Sequence record: NC_048054.1
Reading direction: 5' to 3' (one strand)
Length of the DNA: 64,000 bases
Program-made: the position numbers and the translations under genes
Part shown: piece by piece, positions 7,637 to 17,600 of the stretch
Layout of the letters: each line of letters opens with the position of its first letter
Position numbering within the stretch: position 1 is the stretch's first letter
The notes under the pieces: generated by a model
What the model was told of the DNA's origin: nothing
Database searches by the model: none
What the model saw: the letters and a program-made list of their open reading frames with translations, nothing else

Positions 7637-9661
7637 TTATTCAAATACTACGTTGGTGATGCCCAGATAGTCTAGATCGTTCGAGTCGCCGCGGTCGCCG
7701 CCGCCTTGAACACGAAGCCAGATTTCTTGGCCTACAGGTATGTTCACGTCAAACGTGAAATACTGATAGACACCACTACTGTTTCTCGGAGACTGTGCTG
7801 CGCCTTCGCCAGCAGTTCGCTCGTAGATATCAATAGTATGCCAACCACCATTCCTGCCGTCGTACACCCAGACGAAAGTGATCTGCTTAATCGGCTTAGT
7901 GAAGAAGTTACCCCACTTGAACCAACCATTCACACCACCCCAGATGTTCATGTAGTTACCGTCGCGTGTCCACACAGGAGAAGCATCAGGGCGACCAGTA
8001 CCACGACCACCTGTCTGTTCCCATGCGTTTGGCTGCCACGGCAGAACGTCTGAATCTGGCGGCTGATCGTTACCACCTTCAATTGTTACGCAACGATAAG
8101 GAACGGTGAAGTCACTTACGTTAATCTTAGGCGGTTGAATAGGACAGTACACGAAGTACGACCAATCACATCCGATAGGAGCTGTCACTCGCACAGTGAT
8201 GTTAGAGCGCAACACATGCTCAGGGTATTTCCAAAATTCGAGTGTACCAGTCTTGCCCGCAGCAACGATAGAAGTATCGAGTACGTTCATGTCTTGGTCA
8301 AACACTTCGAACTTGGTATCGAACGAGTTCGCAACACAAACAACAAGCTCGGCGCGAATGTCCGACTGAGTTCCTAACGCAAAATTATCTTCTGTGGTTG
8401 GATGCCCGGCAGAGTATACGCTGTAGCTCTGGCATGGGTGCATGTATTCACGCGCACCACGTTCACCTGGACAGTACAGACTGTAGAAGCAACTCGCAAG
8501 CGATGCAGCATTACCAAAGTCCTTACTGACCACGCGCACCATGATATCACACGCAACGCCTTGAGGGTCAAAGTAGAAATACAGATAACCCTCACCAGTA
8601 CGCGCATCAAGCGTTGTGGCGATACGACGACCAGACTGATAGACCTCAATGAAGTCGAACGTTTCCCATGAGGTGTAATCGAGATACATCCAACCCGCTG
8701 TCCAACCAATGAAGTGATAGTATTCGAAAGCGTTAGCATTCTGAATACGTTCCGCGATAGGCCAAACAGTTGCATGGCACGGCGCAGGGAAGATTGGGCT
8801 GCCGATGTAGTCTGGATGAATGACGTCAGGGAAGTTGATAACGTCATACGCGGCCTGACTATCGAGAGCTAATCCACCACGGTCAGAAGGTGCTGCGAGG
8901 CGCGGCGGATATACTTCTAAACTCCAGCCGTATCCCTGAGTTGTACGCACACGCACCATGATACGCATATCAGCAGCGTCAGGGTCGAACTGGAATTTGA
9001 TACGCGAGCGACCAGCCAGCTTACCACACGTCGATGCAACACGCACACCCATATGGTACACGTCAACACTCGCACCAGCTGGCGCATAGGACGCGATCAT
9101 CAGCTCAACGTAACCTTCGATTGCTGGCATTGCATAATACGTCTCGGTGATAACAGCACCACGCCCATGAACAGAAGCGTAAGGCACGTTAGGGTTAGCG
9201 TAAGTGCCTAGCCCTGCGCGAGAAGCAACACCAGTAGGGTCGTATGATTCGATGGTCTTGATGCCGGGTCTATTGATAGATCGACCAGTAGGAGGAGAAA
9301 AAGAGTTGATAAGACCGAAGCCAGTGCGACCAGCATCAGGCAAATCGAACCCCGCAGGATAGCCTTTGAGGATATCGTATTTCTCACGACCGCCACTCCC
9401 TATCCCGTTACCAGAACCTTTGGTAGTTGACGTCGGTCCGCCGCCACATGCACCCGTCTCAAGGTTTGAGCACGGGTCATCATAAGTAGGGTCGAAAGAG
9501 TCGTTGATGTGCATCCAACTCTTTCCCCACTGATTACGCACACTGAATTTGTCTGGGCTTAATGGTGTCCAGTCTCCTGCATGTGTGCGTATGAACATGG
9601 GCGTGTCCACGCAGTCAAGCCAACCGTTATTCGCAGCATTACGAACGCGAAAACGAGCCAT
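7637..9661 (-). CDS. Fibre-associated protein with three internal beta-sandwich repeats and a C-terminal carbohydrate-binding-like domain
   Basis: 674 aa; repeats ending MVRV..W/FxYxxYxP three times; N-terminal R-x-R..W triple. Confidence 0.7.
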   Translation of the reverse strand: MARFRVRNAANNGWLDCVDTPMFIRTHAGDWTPLSPDKFSVRNQWGKSWMHINDSFDPTYDDPCSNLETGACGGGPTSTTKGSGNGIGSGGREKYDILKGYPAGFDLPDAGRTGFGLINSFSPPTGRSINRPGIKTIESYDPTGVASRAGLGTYANPNVPYASVHGRGAVITETYYAMPAIEGYVELMIASYAPAGASVDVYHMGVRVASTCGKLAGRSRIKFQFDPDAADMRIMVRVRTTQGYGWSLEVYPPRLAAPSDRGGLALDSQAAYDVINFPDVIHPDYIGSPIFPAPCHATVWPIAERIQNANAFEYYHFIGWTAGWMYLDYTSWETFDFIEVYQSGRRIATTLDARTGEGYLYFYFDPQGVACDIMVRVVSKDFGNAASLASCFYSLYCPGERGAREYMHPCQSYSVYSAGHPTTEDNFALGTQSDIRAELVVCVANSFDTKFEVFDQDMNVLDTSIVAAGKTGTLEFWKYPEHVLRSNITVRVTAPIGCDWSYFVYCPIQPPKINVSDFTVPYRCVTIEGGNDQPPDSDVLPWQPNAWEQTGGRGTGRPDASPVWTRDGNYMNIWGGVNGWFKWGNFFTKPIKQITFVWVYDGRNGGWHTIDIYERTAGEGAAQSPRNSSGVYQYFTFDVNIPVGQEIWLRVQGGGDRGDSNDLDYLGITNVVFE

Positions 9662-9670
9662 GACTTCTCC

Positions 9671-10162
9671 TTACGGTCTTACCCAGATGGCACCTGGCGC
9701 AATCTCATTATCAATAGCAGGGTCGGTGTCTTGCACGAACACCTGTACTGTACCTGGGTTACCTGGGGCACCAGTTGGGCCAGTAGGGCCTGTCGGACCA
9801 GCAGGACCACGATTACCTACGTAACCTTGCTTCCCCTGTAGTCCATCATTACCACGAGGACCAGGACAGCCATCAGTACCACGACGACCATCGCTACCCA
9901 TGAGACCGTCAATACCGTCACGACCAGCAGGCCCAACGCCGCCGGCAGGACCGTAACCGATGCTATGAATAGTAGGTAGCCCAGATATCTGGAGCTTGCC
10001 GATAGTAGGGATGTTGATAGACAGAAGACCTGTAACCGCATCAAATGCCCCGCTAAGTTGGCTATCGTCTTGCGTAGTGTCAACTGTGATTCCCCCTTCG
10101 GTCGCTACGACAGGACCAGAAGCATTGGCCTTGACTAGCGATATATCAACTTTTTCTACCAC
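9671..10162 (-). CDS. Collagen-like fibre protein B (~23 triplets)
   Basis: Gly-X-Y run, shared N-module, C-terminal PGAIWVRP motif. Confidence 0.85.
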   Translation of the reverse strand: MVEKVDISLVKANASGPVVATEGGITVDTTQDDSQLSGAFDAVTGLLSINIPTIGKLQISGLPTIHSIGYGPAGGVGPAGRDGIDGLMGSDGRRGTDGCPGPRGNDGLQGKQGYVGNRGPAGPTGPTGPTGAPGNPGTVQVFVQDTDPAIDNEIAPGAIWVRP

Positions 10163-10171
10163 GTTGCCTCC

Positions 10172-10804
10172 TTATGGCCATGTGATATTCTGATCTTTGG
10201 TAGGGTCCACCCAGATCGTGCCAGCAGCAACGTTCCCTGGGTTAGTAGCACTGACGATGATAGACAGGCGTCCAGCAGGACCTGCAGGGCCGGTAGGACC
10301 CGTTGGTCCTGTAGAGCCAGTAGCGCCTGTCGGACCAGTACCGCCACGAGGACCAGTAGGACCAGTAGGACCCATAGGGCCTGTTCTACCATCTGGGCCA
10401 GTAGGACCAACAGGACCGGGTAGTCCGTCACGCCCGTCTGGCCCAGGGATACCTTGCTCACCATCTGGGCCCACAGGACCAGTACATCCAGGCTCACCTG
10501 GATTACCATCGCGACCATCTCGTCCGTCTTTACCATCAGCGCCTGTCTCTCCTCTTCCGCCCTGACGACCTTCTGGTATATCAGCAGCAGTAGGGAAACC
10601 GCCCACCTTAACTGTCTGCCCGTTAGCAAACTTGAGAGTAAGAATACCCGAAGTTGCATCGAACGACGAATCAGCAGTTACCTCTGAGGGAACCTGTTCG
10701 TCGCTAGGGTCTATCGAGAGAACCCCAGACTGAGCGCGAATCGCAGTAGGCGTAGACGAAGAACCAGCCTGAATGAGACCGGTCTTAACTTTAATCAGAC
10801 TCAT
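10172..10804 (-). CDS. Collagen-like fibre protein C (34 triplets)
   Basis: Gly-X-Y run rich in GPT; C-terminal AGTIWVDP motif. Confidence 0.85.
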   Translation of the reverse strand: MSLIKVKTGLIQAGSSSTPTAIRAQSGVLSIDPSDEQVPSEVTADSSFDATSGILTLKFANGQTVKVGGFPTAADIPEGRQGGRGETGADGKDGRDGRDGNPGEPGCTGPVGPDGEQGIPGPDGRDGLPGPVGPTGPDGRTGPMGPTGPTGPRGGTGPTGATGSTGPTGPTGPAGPAGRLSIIVSATNPGNVAAGTIWVDPTKDQNITWP

Positions 10805-12243
10805 TACTTTTTCTCCGCTTTCGCAACAATATCCGTGTTGTGTGCGAGCACATCACCAACGAAATAACAATCAAATGGATCAACGTCGATATCAACAGTT
10901 TTCACCAGATTATCTACGCGGCGAAACTCGTACACAGACACAGGTCCCTTACGACCTAGCACTGTATTCCCAGGCTGTACGTCACGCGCAGGGATATAAC
11001 GCCATACGCTATCGTCATACACAAGCACTGGATGTTCGTGTGTGAACTTCTGGCCGTTGATAACGAAGTAATGATCTTCTTCGCCATACTTCAAACCGAC
11101 AACAGTAGCGTTCACCAGATTACCTTTTAGGCTAGGCGAAGACCACTGACGGAAGTTCTTCGGCTGGTTAGAGAAACTCAGCAGGCTATCACCTACACGT
11201 AAGTCCTCGACAGCTTTAGGTCCTGTAATAGTTTCGACAACAGAACCAAACACAATACAGCCAGACGTTGAGCTTGTAGGGTTACGTGCAACAACTGTCA
11301 GCGCAGAACTCACGGTAACAGTAGGGCGTGAGGGTTGGCCCATGTCAGTCACTACGCAACGAATAGTGCCTTTGATTGTACGATCAGCACCAAGTCCGAG
11401 ACGCAGATAGAAGTTAACAATACACGTTGAGGTATCAGTAGCGCCAAGCGTTACGCCCTCAGTGGTTGTGATAGACCATTGATACTTATATGGACCTATA
11501 CCACCACGTGCATTGACAGGAAGGTATGCAAGCGAAGTAAATACATCAGAGCCTTGCACTGCACGTTGACCTACCATGTACAGGTTAGACACTGACGCAG
11601 CAAGAGGCGTTATAGTAGGCAGAGGCGGTGCTGGCGTAACGTTGGCTGTAGGGTACAACCAAACGAACACACGACCGTCTGTAGGCTGCGTGTTAGACTG
11701 AACAGCAGTTGTAATAGGCGCTGGGCCAGTAGGACCTGTAGCACCAGAGATACAGCTTGCGCCAGTAGCACCACGAGGACCGATGTTCCCTGTAGGACCG
11801 GGAGGACCGTCTGGACCAGTAGGACCGTCTGGACCTTGACGCCCAGTATCACCAGGAGGACCGTCTTCACCGTCGCGTCCTGGGTCACCAACAGGGCCAG
11901 TCTTACCTTTAGAGCCAGGGCCACCTTCGCAGCCCTGTCTACCTGTCTCACCGTCTCGACCATCACGTCCGTCACGGCCGGGAGCACCTGGAGCGCCGCG
12001 ACGCCCAGGCTTCCCTTCACCGAACATAGCAATAGTAGGAAGTCCGGGGACGTTCACTACTTCCCCGTTCTTCTTGATGAACACCAACACGCCTGTCTTG
12101 CTGTTAAACCTTACGCTTGCGATTTGAGTATTCGTCGCTAAGTCCGTAGACTCAAACTCGACGCTACCATCAACACCAACCAGCGACTTACCTTCATCGT
12201 TAGCGGTTGTTTCGATTTGCGAAAGTTTTAACTGTGTTGTCAT
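10804..12243 (-). CDS. Collagen-like fibre protein D with Ig-like domain and C-terminal Hint/intein domain
   Basis: 29+3 triplets, an Ig-like segment ([11 protein letters not shown]), then a Hint domain C329-N469. Confidence 0.85.
   Translation of the reverse strand: MTTQLKLSQIETTANDEGKSLVGVDGSVEFESTDLATNTQIASVRFNSKTGVLVFIKKNGEVVNVPGLPTIAMFGEGKPGRRGAPGAPGRDGRDGRDGETGRQGCEGGPGSKGKTGPVGDPGRDGEDGPPGDTGRQGPDGPTGPDGPPGPTGNIGPRGATGASCISGATGPTGPAPITTAVQSNTQPTDGRVFVWLYPTANVTPAPPLPTITPLAASVSNLYMVGQRAVQGSDVFTSLAYLPVNARGGIGPYKYQWSITTTEGVTLGATDTSTCIVNFYLRLGLGADRTIKGTIRCVVTDMGQPSRPTVTVSSALTVVARNPTSSTSGCIVFGSVVETITGPKAVEDLRVGDSLLSFSNQPKNFRQWSSPSLKGNLVNATVVGLKYGEEDHYFVINGQKFTHEHPVLVYDDSVWRYIPARDVQPGNTVLGRKGPVSVYEFRRVDNLVKTVDIDVDPFDCYFVGDVLAHNTDIVAKAEKK
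10837..11259 (-). other. Hint (mini-intein / bacterial intein-like) domain, 141 aa, no homing endonuclease
   Basis: Block [21 protein letters not shown]; block B FTHEHP; block F TVDIDVD..YFV; block G LAHN followed by Thr. Confidence 0.85.
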
Positions 12244-14579
12244 TTCGGTTCAACCTTAATGCACAAGTTACCCGACAGCTTCGATCCGTAGCTTGTAATC
12301 TGCGCGTTAACGATACGCACCTTAGCAACGATATCAATGAAGCCTTGAGGTTGGTTTTCTATCAGCACCGTGAACATCTGCGTCAGGCTGACGTTTGAAT
12401 ACGCAATAACTTCTGTCAGGCTTGCATCAGAAGTAACGACGTTAAAGCCCGCGCTACCAGTGCCTTTCAGGCCGCGACCGTATTCAGCTTCGGAGGTACC
12501 AGGCACCTTGAACGACAGAACGTATTCAAGATGTTCTTTACCGCTGGTGGCAGCAAAGCCTGGGCCGAGTTGACACTGGAAGTCAGCGACACACGTAAGC
12601 ATGACGCCTTTCTTGAACTCAATACGTTGCTGAATAACCAGCTCTTCCGAGTCGTCCGCATTCTGCTGAATGTTGTACATGTTGCGTGGGTCAGCTTCTT
12701 CGGCGAGAGCCTGAGTGTTACGAATCGTAATCTCTGGCCACTTACCAGTAATCTGAATGCCCTCACCCTGAATGATCTCAGGAGCAGCTATAGGCACGTC
12801 GATAGGAGGCAGACCTTGACGCTTGAACATGTAACCAGTCGGTGTAGGGATAGCGTCAATGATAACACCGTCAACCGAACTGTCTTTCGAGCCTACTGCC
12901 ATGACGTTCTCAAAGATTGTGATCTCAATGAGTGTGTCGGCAGGAATAGGCGACAACGTTTTCAGCACATTGCCAGTTACTGTGAAGTCCTGCGTGTGTA
13001 CTGTCAGGCCGCTCATGGCCATAACGCAGTGCGACTTATTCAGCGGAGTAGTTGGCAGAACAAATGTATCAGCATCATAAGGCAGGCGATACTGAGCAAC
13101 ACGAATACGAGTAGACCAGTTGGCGCGTTCTTCATAGCGAGCTACATAGAATGTGTACTTCTGACCTGACGGGATCGCTTCGGTTAACGTTACGCTGTTA
13201 CCATTCGTGAGTTTATACACGGTGGTAGGCTGCCACGTTGAACCGACGACACAGAATATCATGTCAACGCTATCAATCGGTTTGCTGCCGAGTTTAAACA
13301 GTGCAGTCTGGCCATCGCCGACACCCTCGTATGTTTCAAACAGGACAACATGGCCCTGAGAAGGCTCAACGCGGAACTGACGCATATCGAGCTGCATACG
13401 CTGTTCAGGATAGGACGAAAGCAGAAGCTGATCGTCAACGACACTGTATGCAGTACGTGGCTGGAGAACACCAGACGTGCCAAGCAACAGGTCGGTCGAG
13501 CTATCGAGAATCTCAGACAGCGTATAGCGCAGCTTATCAGGCGTTGCTGTAGTCACAACAGAACTGAATAACAGTTTGCCTGGAGGAACAAACAGCGTAC
13601 CAGTTGTCTGACGAGTACCACCAGCAACAGGTCCCCAATAAGGCTGCAAGTCTTTGCCTCTGTACAATGCCCACGCTTCTGGTACATCGTTATTCAGTGG
13701 CCACGGAATGCCAGCAGACGGAGTTGTTGGGTTAGTGATGCGTCGCCACACAGCGATAGTTGTCTGTGCGCTAACGAATGGAATCGCGCTGTCCATGTTG
13801 ACCAGTTGACCATTCGTGTATTTGAAGTGACGACATGCGCCGGCGCCTGTGCCAGAGATTGTCTGAATCAGAACAACCTCGTTAGCTTTCAACACTGAGG
13901 ACAGCGAAGCAATCTTGAACGTGTTTGCGTTGATGAAACCTGCGGCAGTAATCTGTCCGCTGAACACACGGTCATGCTCGCTGAAAGCCCAATAGTATGA
14001 GCCTTGTCCATAACGATATGCAGTACCTGGAGAGCGAGTGCCGTCCGAGTTAACGTGCATATCAAGAACCGACACGGCATTGAACACGTTATCGCTCAAG
14101 CTCGGCAGATTCTGGAGCGTTGCCACACTCGGTATAGAGGTGTAGTCCGCCATTTTCACAGCAAGAATCTTTTGGATGTCCTGCTGAATATGTACGAGAA
14201 GGCTAACGCGATTGATAGAGTTTGGTACGGCGATGATAGGCTCTTGTAGAACAACGTGACCAAAAGGTCGGTTGTCAGAGAGCATGATCAACAGCTCACC
14301 AACTCGTTTCAGTGCTTCACCTGCAACGTAGTTGACTTTAATATCAAAGATAAAGCGGGCGCTGTTCTCGGTAAGAACCTGAACATACGACAATGCGCCC
14401 GACGCAAGCTCGCTGCCAAGTAACTGCTCTGGAACCACAGACGGGTTAGAGCCAACAAAGTCACCTGCTTTAAACGACACTGGCTGAACAGCAAGTCCAC
14501 CAGCGTTAGCGTTCGCAACGGCCTGTTCTCCCTGAGGCGTTAGACGCAATGCGTCAACGTAGATAGATTCAGTGGCCAT
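12240..14579 (-). CDS. Baseplate/tail-collar fibre-anchoring protein (779 aa)
   Basis: N-terminus [21 protein letters not shown] resembles the P2 gpH-type tail-collar domain. Three GDGxTxxFxL-type repeats. Start at ATG 14579 (AAGGAG SD). Confidence 0.65.
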   Translation of the reverse strand: MATESIYVDALRLTPQGEQAVANANAGGLAVQPVSFKAGDFVGSNPSVVPEQLLGSELASGALSYVQVLTENSARFIFDIKVNYVAGEALKRVGELLIMLSDNRPFGHVVLQEPIIAVPNSINRVSLLVHIQQDIQKILAVKMADYTSIPSVATLQNLPSLSDNVFNAVSVLDMHVNSDGTRSPGTAYRYGQGSYYWAFSEHDRVFSGQITAAGFINANTFKIASLSSVLKANEVVLIQTISGTGAGACRHFKYTNGQLVNMDSAIPFVSAQTTIAVWRRITNPTTPSAGIPWPLNNDVPEAWALYRGKDLQPYWGPVAGGTRQTTGTLFVPPGKLLFSSVVTTATPDKLRYTLSEILDSSTDLLLGTSGVLQPRTAYSVVDDQLLLSSYPEQRMQLDMRQFRVEPSQGHVVLFETYEGVGDGQTALFKLGSKPIDSVDMIFCVVGSTWQPTTVYKLTNGNSVTLTEAIPSGQKYTFYVARYEERANWSTRIRVAQYRLPYDADTFVLPTTPLNKSHCVMAMSGLTVHTQDFTVTGNVLKTLSPIPADTLIEITIFENVMAVGSKDSSVDGVIIDAIPTPTGYMFKRQGLPPIDVPIAAPEIIQGEGIQITGKWPEITIRNTQALAEEADPRNMYNIQQNADDSEELVIQQRIEFKKGVMLTCVADFQCQLGPGFAATSGKEHLEYVLSFKVPGTSEAEYGRGLKGTGSAGFNVVTSDASLTEVIAYSNVSLTQMFTVLIENQPQGFIDIVAKVRIVNAQITSYGSKLSGNLCIKVEPK

Positions 14580-14618
14580 CAAAGAACTCCTTGGGTTTTA
14601 ACTCTTATAAATTATCGT

Positions 14619-14662
14619 AAAACAAAAGGGAGCCGGGAACATATAGCTCCAGACTCCCTTTA
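14619..14662 (-). terminator. Rho-independent terminator
   Basis: AAAGGGAG...CTCCCTTTT stem followed by TTTTGTTTT on the minus strand, directly after the 14665 stop. Confidence 0.7.
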
Positions 14663-14664
14663 TT

Positions 14665-17600
14665 TTATTGATAGCGAACTGTGATGACTGAGGAGCCGAA
14701 TGCACGAGCGTTGGTGCGATAGATCAAGACGTTTTCTGTCAGGTTATCGTACACAATCTTACCTACAATCGGTCCCTTCTTACCGTTGTCTCCAGTTACT
14801 GGCCACTGAGCACCATCGAAGCCTTGCCACCCTTTGTTCACGTTGCCTGTACTGTCTGCGGCGGCTGCAAACACAGCGTTACCGTATGACTGTCTGACAA
14901 CGAAGTAACCGTATTCGTCCTGTTTAGTAGACAACACGAACTGGCCACCTGTCTTAGAACGTAAACGTGTGGGCAACTGAGCAAGCGCGATACTTACACC
15001 TGTGATACCGAAAGGTGCAACACCGAAGCGAGGATAAGACGACATGGCTTTCATGAAGTGCGTCTGCGTAAGCGTCTGCTGTCCTTCACTGTAGATAGCC
15101 TTGACACCAAAGTCGGTATCGTTAAGCAACAGGCCTATGGTCAGTCGTCCAGTCTGAGCGTTGATAGAGATGCCTTGAACATCAACCACGTCGCCCTTAC
15201 TGTTAGTGACTTGCCACAAGCACTTGGCGCTAACATCATCTTTCACGAACGTACCAGTACGGCCGAGCAATGCGTTCATCTGCATTGAACTATCGTCACG
15301 CACATTCGTATATCCACCTACTGTCAGGTCTTGTGGGAAGCCAATGCCGGGGCAAGTGATTTCCTGGACGAGACTGATTTCGGTACGCTGCTCGGTGATG
15401 ATACATTCCACTTTAACTTTCTGCGGGTCTTTCGATGCAGGGAATCGGAAGGTACCGTCTTGGGCCAACGTAAAGCCGCTAACAGATTCGACTATGTTCC
15501 ACTTGAACTTAACTGAGTTCGCATCAGGCAAACGGCTTGAGCCAGTAGCGCCAGAGCGACGAGTATAGAACGCAGTGAATCGGTAATCGGTGTTAGGGCT
15601 AATGTTGCCTGGAGGATTCTCGATGTAGCCGTTGAGAATCGTGTTCTGCGTGTGAAGCTCAATCGTACGGAAGCCTGTGATAGTTTCATCAGCAAGCGAC
15701 TGTGGATTCTGCTTGGTGAACACGGCGCGAAGGTTAATCAGGCCGTCAGACAACTGAGACTGACCAATGAACAGATGACCGTTGAGCGGGTCAATCGAAA
15801 CACCATCAACGTTTGTCTCGTCACCAATAGACCAGATAGCATCTGTGGTTGTGAGTTCGTCATCAGGGTCGATGATAACACGCAGACTGTATGGCACGTA
15901 CCAGCGTCCATTTTCGTAACCGATGGTTGGGTTACGATCAGAAACGTCCCACACTACATCAGGACCAACGATACCAATCTGACGGAGATACGTGTTCGCC
16001 TGCACAAGGAACACAAGCAACGTTTTCTCAATCTGATACTGGTCGCACGTAAAGCGAGCACGAATCAGCACAGCACCGTTAACGTTCTGACTTGGCGTGA
16101 GTGAGCCATCAGCATCAATCTCGGCAACACTGTCTGTGGTAGGAATCAGCACAGGCGTGTTGTTCGGTCCTGGTTGCGTGTAATAGTTCTGCACAACAGC
16201 CCATTCCGAATCGACTTCAAGGTCAAACGTCTTTGGAGTTTCCTCCGCATACGAACCATCGAGGGTACGCATCACACCACCAGTCTTATACGTGTTGACC
16301 AGAGTGTATGACTCGGACAGCACATCAGCACTGATTTGCGTTGCACCTTCAATACGGCTGTTAATGATGTTGTTGATACTCTGCTTAGGCGCAGGCGAAA
16401 CGATCATATCAATCTTATTGCTCACTCGGAAGAATGAAGCGATAACCTGAGTGTATGTATCGTAATCGTATTTCAGTTTGCCTGTTTGCAGAATAGCGCC
16501 ATCGTAGTAAGACTTGTTCAGGTCGGCGATACTACCAATTGAGTTGAACATCGGCAGCTTGCTGACATTCATCGAACGGAAGTCTTTGTAGTCGAGAGGA
16601 GTACGGCCTTCGATGATTTCGACAACAGCCATACCACTATAACGTCCAGGCGAGAACTGGAGGAACTTGTACTCGTCTTCTTCTTTCTCTGGCCAGTTGC
16701 CTACCCATTCAGCAGCAGTCACATATTCCTGAGTACCGTCAACGTAAGTTGCGAGCAAACGAACGAAGGTGCGTGTTTTCTCGTACATCGTATCAGGACA
16801 TTCAATAGTGATACTGTCCACCAGCGAACGAGTTGGAATGAGTTGCAGGTCACGGTAGTTTGTGAGATGCGTTCCATCATACTCATATTCCATAGTGATA
16901 CGCGCAGAGCCATGCAGGTCACCCTGATAGTAAAGCACATACTCTTTAACGCTACGTCCCATCACTGGGTCATACACCGTGTTGTTACTCAGGCTTACGG
17001 TCAGCGTTACCCAACGTGCGTAGTCAGGATGATCAGGGTCGTACTGGCTTGGGTCTTTGCCTTGTTCGACCGCTTGTTGCTGCAATCGAATTGTACGCGC
17101 TCGCGCTTCTTCCCGTGCCGAGTCAGATGGAATGTACTCGACCTTAACAGCAGCCGCAGCAGCGTAAGACAGGCCGTTATTCCACAGACACACAACAGGC
17201 AACATCAGCGTATTGCCGCTACTGATAGTCGGAGAGGAGCGCAGGTCAACAGACTTCGGAATCATAATCGTGTCGTTAACGAGAATGATTCGGTTGAACG
17301 TCACTGTGGAGCTACCATCAATGAACGTGAAGTTGAGAGCGTACTTAACAGCATCACCACTAACCAGAGGCGCTTCGAACTCACCTGTCTGTGTATCAAC
17401 ACGAGGCAGAGCGTTAACAGCAGTCGCCGTGTCTTCGCTACTGAACCAAATGCCAAACACTTCGGTGTAAGCTACCACGATCGATGGGTCACGCGCATTA
17501 ATCTGCGCCTGCGTTGCAGACCCAAGTACATAGAGCGCCATAGCTTTTGGCCGCACGATATCGCGCTCAACAACAGTCTCAGGAACAACGAGATCAATCG

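Noticed and set aside
3674-9661. Diversity-generating retroelement acting on the fibre tips
   Set aside because: No reverse transcriptase in the window and no TR/VR pair differing at adenines was noticed.
4098-12032. Gly/Pro-rich plus-strand and alternate-frame ORFs over the collagen genes
   Set aside because: They are produced by the GGN-periodic collagen codons and are not independent genes.
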